A stretch of DNA of 63,708 nucleotides, taken from NCBI GenBank assembly GCA_030324005.1, contig JARDVH010000001.1, positions 117,397,029 through 117,460,736 on the forward strand. The letters are read 5' to 3'. The notes beneath the pieces were generated by a model. The model was not told where the DNA came from. It worked only from the letters and a program-made list of their open reading frames with translations, and ran no database searches. Position numbers and translations under genes: made by a program. Shown here one piece after another: positions 1 through 63,708 of the stretch (the first letter of the stretch is position 1; each line of letters starts with the position of its first letter). Source of the stretch: Negaprion brevirostris (Eukaryota).

Positions 1-1123
1 TACAGCTGCAGCAAGACCTCCCTACTTTTATATTCAAACTTGATTCCCAACATTAAGATTTCACCATCAGAGAAAATACAGATTAATCAAAAAATGCACT
101 TCTGTATTTCAAAAATGTCACCAACCACTTCAATGTACCAGAATTCAAATACAGAAGCCAAGAATTATCTGGCACACTAAATGTACATTTGTGCATGTAC
201 CTGTCTCAAGCTGGTATTAATCCACAGTGTTGAAGGACTGATAACCCTAAGTTATACTGTTGGCTGCCCCGTTACTGACTGTCTGGGAACAGTGGAGCTT
301 CATACGCATCTGCTGAATCACATGTAGAGCTCTGTTTATCAATATTCGCATGCTGGTTCAACTTTTGACCCACTATATGGTAACATTAAAAGAGGTCAAG
401 TTTAGAGAAATTCTCAGGTGATTCAATGAATGATCTGTAACCATTTTAAACGTGGCTCTCCTCTGTGTTGTAGTCATACTTCAGAGGTTGCGGAGAGTAC
501 GTGGCCGTCCTCATGACTTTTGCTTGCGTGCCCTAGAGCGAGTGACCCTGTACAAAAATCGCGCCATACAATTTGTCTTCATGCAAGTTTGATGTTATAA
601 CTGGCCATGTTGTTTTTAGAACAGTTGGGTTAACAGACTACCATTACCAATGCTGGGAGTTCCTAATATTTCACATTTTGCCTTGTATGTCCTCCAATGC
701 ACATGAATAATAATATAATGCACATGAAAAACAAAGAACCCATAAGCTGTTATTACTTCGTTCCACATCAATTCTTAAATAGATTCCATCAAAATTATCA
801 GATTTATCTAAAGCAACATGTTTTGTTTGAGTTTGTCTTCAGAATTTATTATCCTTTCACTTTACTGCCAGCTATTAACAAAGTAAATGAGATGGCGTTA
901 TTGGCATTCAAGATGCCACACAGTACCAGATTGGTTAATATTTAATCATTCTTCTGAAAGGCAACACTTTCTCCTATGATAACTTTAATTCTTCCCTGAA
1001 GGTGCTGACTCCTTACTGTCTTGAATCACCCTTTCGATAGTTCACCCAAGCAGTGCCATGACTCAAGTATGGGTCTGTAACAACAACAAACAGACTATTC
1101 AGTGAGAGGCTAGAAAATCGCAC

Positions 1124-1636
1124 TCAGTTCTGGGCACCCCACATTAGGAAGGATAAGTTGGATTTGAACGGGCTGCAATGCAAATTCACCAGAATACCAG
1201 GAATGAAAAAGTTAAATGATGAAGATAGGTTCATGTAAAATCTGGTTTATATCCCCATTAATATAGAACATTAATGAGTTATTAAATGAGGTGATTAATC
1301 TGATTAAAAGATTTCATCATCTAATTGGAATCTTTATTTTCCCCTCTAGTTGGGGAGTCCGGAACAAGGAGGGCATAGCCTTAAAACTAAATATCAGGAA
1401 ACACTTCTTCACAGCAGGGGTAATGGAGTTTTGGAACTCTTTTCCCCAGGAAGCTGTTGAGATGAGGTCAATTAAAAATTTTAAAACTGAGAATGATCAA
1501 TTTTTGATAAGCAATTAAAGATTCTGAGACAACGCTGATAAATAGTGTTAAGAAGCAGATCAGCTATGGTTTAATCATAAGTGGAAGAGGCTCAAGGGAC
1601 TGGTTGGTTTCCTCCTCTTTCTATCTTCCTGTGTGA
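1124..1636 (+). mobile_element. Decayed CR1-type LINE 3' fragment
   Basis: CAGTTCTGGGCACCCCAC (QFWAPH), an RKHFFT..VMEFWNSFPQEAVE peptide, and a CR1-like 3' tail. Confidence 0.75.
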
Positions 1637-2784
1637 NNNNNNNNNNNNNNNNNNNNNNNNNNNNNNNNNNNNNNNNNNNNNNNNNNNNNNNNNNNNNNNN
1701 NNNNNNNNNNNNNNNNNNNNNNNNNNNNNNNNNNNNCTGTGTGATCCTGTCTTCTTCTTGTATATATATACTTCTGGAAGAAATCACTAAATATCAGCTG
1801 GAAGCAGGAAATCTTAACACTTCTCCACTAGTAACCCAAAAAGCCCAGGTAAATTATAACACTCCAACTATCACGTACTTTCACCATCACCAGTCTGAGA
1901 ATAGTTATTTTAACAGAGACTAGACTCAATTCTCGGATGTTCCTCACCGATCTGACAATTTCCTGAAACCCTGGAGAACCCTCTTCCAAAAAGGTTATTC
2001 AGTAAGTCTTCGAATTGCAAATTATCCCACAAATAGTGGAGAAAGAGCAGGCATTAGAGAAGTTTGGGAGGACACTGTCAGAATCTGTACTCTTTGGCTA
2101 GCTAAGAAATAATCTATTTCAAACTAGGGCTTACAGTCAGTATTAGAAGAAAACTGATATTAATACTGCATCAGATTTGTTTCATCAATTGGAACAGTAG
2201 AGGGTGCTGTAACCCTTCCCATGTCTTTACTGAACCATCCCCATTTAGAATGGCATCTGCCATCTTGGAAAGCCTCATTTAAAATTAAACATAATGACTA
2301 ATTATAACCCCAATATATTTACTTTAATATACTCTGTGCATCAGCTAGCTGCAATGTATTGCTATGATACTATAATACACTAAACACTGCAGGAGATAAA
2401 TACATTTTGTAGCATCAGAATTGCACTCTTGCAATTGGCATTCATTGGCATTCAAATTGCATTTAATGCAATTGGCATAAAGCAATTACCTGTAACACCT
2501 GTGCTTCACGCTTCCTCATTTGTAGTTGTTCCAAATCAAGAGCTACTGATCTTGGAAACATTTTGATCCATAGGCAATTAACATTTTAATATCATGCTAT
2601 TAAATATAACTGGGATCATGTTCCAGTCTATGAGACACATGTAAATGCATGCCTATGATATCATTAGATATCCAGAGATCCTGCTTTACATTAAAGAGCA
2701 TCATCAGTGTCGAGAGTATCATTTTTCCGCCATCATTGACACATTTTCAGCATATAAAGTCCTGTAAAAGTACCATTAGTCTGT

Positions 2785-2953
2785 AATGAAAGCAGAAAAA
2801 GCTGAAAATATTCAGCAAGTCAGGTGGAATCTGCAGAGATAGAAACAAAATTAACATTTCAAGTTTTTCATCAGAACTCCCTAACATACTGAATATTCCC
2901 AGTTTTTTCTATTTTCCTTTCAGATTTCCAGCATCCACATATTTTGCTTTTTC
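2785..2953. mobile_element. Penelope-like element terminal-repeat relic with an inverted partial copy
   Basis: GCTGAAAATATTCAGCA has an inverted counterpart, CTGAATATTCCCAG. A truncated CTGATGA...GAAA core lies on the minus strand at 2851-2878. Similar to 15422-15630. Confidence 0.55.
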
Positions 2954-3282
2954 AACACTGGTCGCTGCCCTGCAGATTTCCCTGATCGTTTGCAGTCATA
3001 ACATTCTGTTAGTTTTGAAACTTGTCTGTGAATGTGAACCACATCCCACTTTACAGTGACACATGTCACAGCAGCGTACTTCCAACTTTGTTTTAACTTG
3101 AAAAACATAGTCACTATAAATGTGGCGTTTTAATAAATGAGTGATCACTCAAAAGTGTTAAAGCATTATATACAAGGGAATATATTTTACTTCATTTGTT
3201 TCTTTAGGAACATGCTGAGCATATTTGTTTGATTTACCGAAGTTTGGTGATATTGCGCAGTTATAATCTTCAATTACAACAG

Positions 3283-3570
3283 CGGCACAGTGGCACAAAC
3301 GTTAGTACTGCTGCCTCACACGCCAGGGATCTGGGTTCGATTCCTGGCTTGGGTCACGATCTGTACGTTTTCCCTGTGCATGTGTGGGTTTCCTCTGGGT
3401 GCTCTGGTTTCCTCCCACATCCAAAGACGTGCAGGTTAGATACACTGGCAAAGCTAAATTCTCCCTCAGCGTATCCAAACAAGTGCCAGAGTGTGGTGAC
3501 TAGGGGATTTTCACAGTAACTTTAGTACAGTGTGAGTCTAAGTCTACTTGTGACTGAAAAATAAACTTAA
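3283..3570 (+). mobile_element. HE1-like tRNA-derived SINE (elasmobranch V-SINE type)
   Basis: GGCACAGTGG head, B-box GGTTCGATTCC, central GTGTGGGTTTCCTCTGGGTGCTCTGGTTTCCTCCCAC; similar to 6031-6316. Confidence 0.85.
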
Positions 3571-4235
3571 TCTGCAAGTCACAGACAAATGTGACTGATA
3601 ATTAAATTTACCTCTGCCACAAGGTGGCATTATTACACCACACAGTGGTTAACAATGAACAAGATGCCAGTACTGACTTCCAATTCTATTTAAACTGAGT
3701 TTCAATGGAGGTGGGAAAATAACCCTACCTGCATCCATATCCACAATAACGAGGCCCATGGATGTACCACATTTAATGTTGGGAAAATATCGCAAAGCGA
3801 CTCACAATTCTTCACGCAAGGAAAAAAATGTATTAAAACCAAAGGAGAAATTGGACCCGATTTTAGTTGTCCAAATGGATGGAGAGTTTGAGAGTTAAAA
3901 TCCTGCCCACCAGTAATTAGGAGGAGCAGTCAAAAGTTTGGTCAAAGAGTTGGGCTTTTTAAAAGGTCTTAAGGAGGAAGGGCAGGTAGTTTCAGAAGGC
4001 GATGCCTTGTCAGCTCAAGGAACTACTGCTGCTGGGATGAAAGTCAGAGTTGAAGAGACAGAAAAGTTCTGAGAATGGTATTTTTTACGACTACTGCTTT
4101 GCTCCTGAGGCTGGGAGTGAACCACTTCACAATGTGCTCTCCCTGCTTCTGGAAGGAAGTGCATGGCCCAGCTTCATGTTAAGATGTCCCTGACAAATGA
4201 GATGTCCTCAAGTTCCAGTGTCTCGTTAAACTTAC

Positions 4236-61922
<57,687 letters not shown>

Positions 61923-63216
61923 CTGCAACAGAAATGAATAGAATTCGTGAAAATCTCCCATCCAAACTTTTTAAACTGCTGGATTTAAACAACACAGGGT
62001 ATTTTCTCATGAAACAGGAATGGAGGCAAGTCATCCTCATTCCTGAGGGACTGCCTCAGAAGAAAAGGATATTTTCCCATGTCTTGGCTGAAGTCCTATC
62101 ATGAAACCATTATATTTCTTTAAACCAGATTCCCATTTATAACTGTACAGAGAACAGTGTCACCCAAAGATCATTAGTGAAGAGCTGATACAAAAAAGGT
62201 CAAGTGAATTGGACGTTGTGGTGACCTGATGCAAGCTGTGTAATTTAGGCACACAGCACAAGGTTTGAATTAGCTGAAATATTGACAATTTAATGATGTA
62301 ATCATACCTTCAATTCATCTAAATGACAATACTACACTTCCTGTTGAAGATGCTGGACTTGACTATACCCCATTAATTATCATGACTAAACTTCAGAATG
62401 TTTTTTTGGAAAGCTGCTGTGAATTATAGTATTACTATTTTTGCCTCAAAAGGTCACAGCAAAAGTAAAGTTTGTGATGTTCCCATGTGTTTGTGTAGGA
62501 TAATGTCAAATCTTGCCAGATGCACATCCAGACGGCAGGAACCACCATCCCTGTCATCAAAGACTTACTTCATCAAAAGCAACAGTGTCTCAACAAAACC
62601 AAACACTGGGTTGGATTATGAAGTTGCTGCTCCAGCATTAAGCTAGCGTAGTGATCAACTACCTTTCATAGAAAATGCCCAATCAATGGAATTAATAATT
62701 GTGCAGTGTCTAAGACAGGTAACCAATCTGGCTTATCAAATTTATATCCAGGTAGTAACACATCGTAATGTGTTCCAAGTCTGTTTTTCTCTGCTTCAAA
62801 ATGTTCATCCTATGAGCCCCTCAGATTAACAATGAAAGTTTCTGGTTTGCTTCGCAATGCTGCTAAATTTGTTAGAGACTGAAGACAAAGAGGAAAAGAG
62901 AAGGCTGATTTTCAGTCTTCAAGATAATCAATCAGCCTGACTCTAAAGATTGAAAGTGGATACAATCCAAATCTGGCAGATGGTACCTGGGGGTATTGAT
63001 TTCATTGTTGATTGTATGAAAGATGAAGTCGCATGCTTTCAAAGAGAAACCCTTAAATTATTTGAAGGTAGGCCATTTGGGAAAAGTTGCTGGAGAAGGG
63101 AATCACAAGAGAAGAGACCAAGTTGCCTCATGTTTGTCTCGAGGTTAGTTTCATCTTGAAATCAGTAAGGGAAATGTTTTCACATTTCCGTATTTGAAAT
63201 TTTTCACTAATTAAGA

Positions 63217-63356
63217 ATCATAGAAACCCTAAAGTGCAGAAAGAGCCATTTGGCCCATCAAGTCTACATTGATAACAAACCAACCCAGGCCCTATCCCCA
63301 TAATCCCCCATATTTATCCCGCTAATCCCTCTAACTTACACATTCCAGAACAATAA
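63217..63356 (-). mobile_element. HE1-like SINE, 3' part
   Basis: CATAGAAACCCTAAAGTGCAGAAAGAGCCATTTGGCCC...TAATCCCCCATATTTA. Confidence 0.75.
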
Positions 63357-63708
63357 GGGCCCAATTTTACCATCACAAAAACTTGGCACCCGAAAACGTT
63401 GGGTATGAGGTGAGTAGTGTGATCTGCTCCCTCCTCTGCAGCAATTCCCCCTTTTCCAAGGCTCAAAACTGACCGCGATTGGCACTGAACCCGAAACGGG
63501 TGTGACGGCCATTTACATGCATTTGCATGCATTTAAGTTGACTTAATAGGCTGCACCCCAACCTTACCAGCACTTCCCCCTTTACCATCATGTTCGCCCA
63601 TCCAGAATCCGCAAGAAACAGACAAGTTCTACAAAAGTCCGATTTGGGTGCTCCAGTTAGTGAAGTAAGTGCCAAACGTCCAATGGCTGTCTGCTTGAGA
63701 TTGATGGG
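63357..63708. mobile_element. Probable non-autonomous DNA element, running off the window end
   Basis: Starts TAA|GGGCCCAATTTTAC, is CpG-richer than its flanks, and abuts a truncated SINE. Confidence 0.4.

Noticed and set aside
2429-2478. Short TTGGCATTCA repeats and the AATTGCATTTAATGCAATT palindrome
   Set aside because: Short, AT-rich and low-complexity; compatible with slippage or chance.
3283-3350. tRNA gene (A/B-box-like motifs)
   Set aside because: The head continues into the SINE core and tail, is repeated several times in the window, and gives no complete cloverleaf.

Overview
This is vertebrate genomic DNA, almost certainly from a shark or other elasmobranch, judging by the HE1-like tRNA SINEs and the CR1, Penelope and Harbinger relics. 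It comes from a gapped draft assembly. The whole window lies inside one minus-strand gene, tolloid-like 1 (TLL1; BMP1/tolloid astacin metalloprotease family). Ten GT-AG exons (103, 117, 146, 196, 126, 161, 181, 126, 128 and 214 bp; 1,498 nt) splice into one open frame encoding most of CUB1, CUB2, EGF1, CUB3, EGF2 and CUB4. As I recall the human structure, these are TLL1 exons 10-19. The protease domain and CUB5 lie outside the window. The introns are full of transposon fossils, and most ORF-track entries are spurious. The best second-look items are minimal hammerhead-ribozyme motifs in three different Penelope-like families (one near-intact and sense to the TLL1 pre-mRNA), a fossil two-gene PIF/Harbinger transposon, a cluster of four perfect AGGTCA nuclear-receptor half-sites, and a near-perfect 59-nt intronic hairpin. 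I found no convincing wholly new biological system. Repeat boundaries and family names were judged by eye and are approximate.
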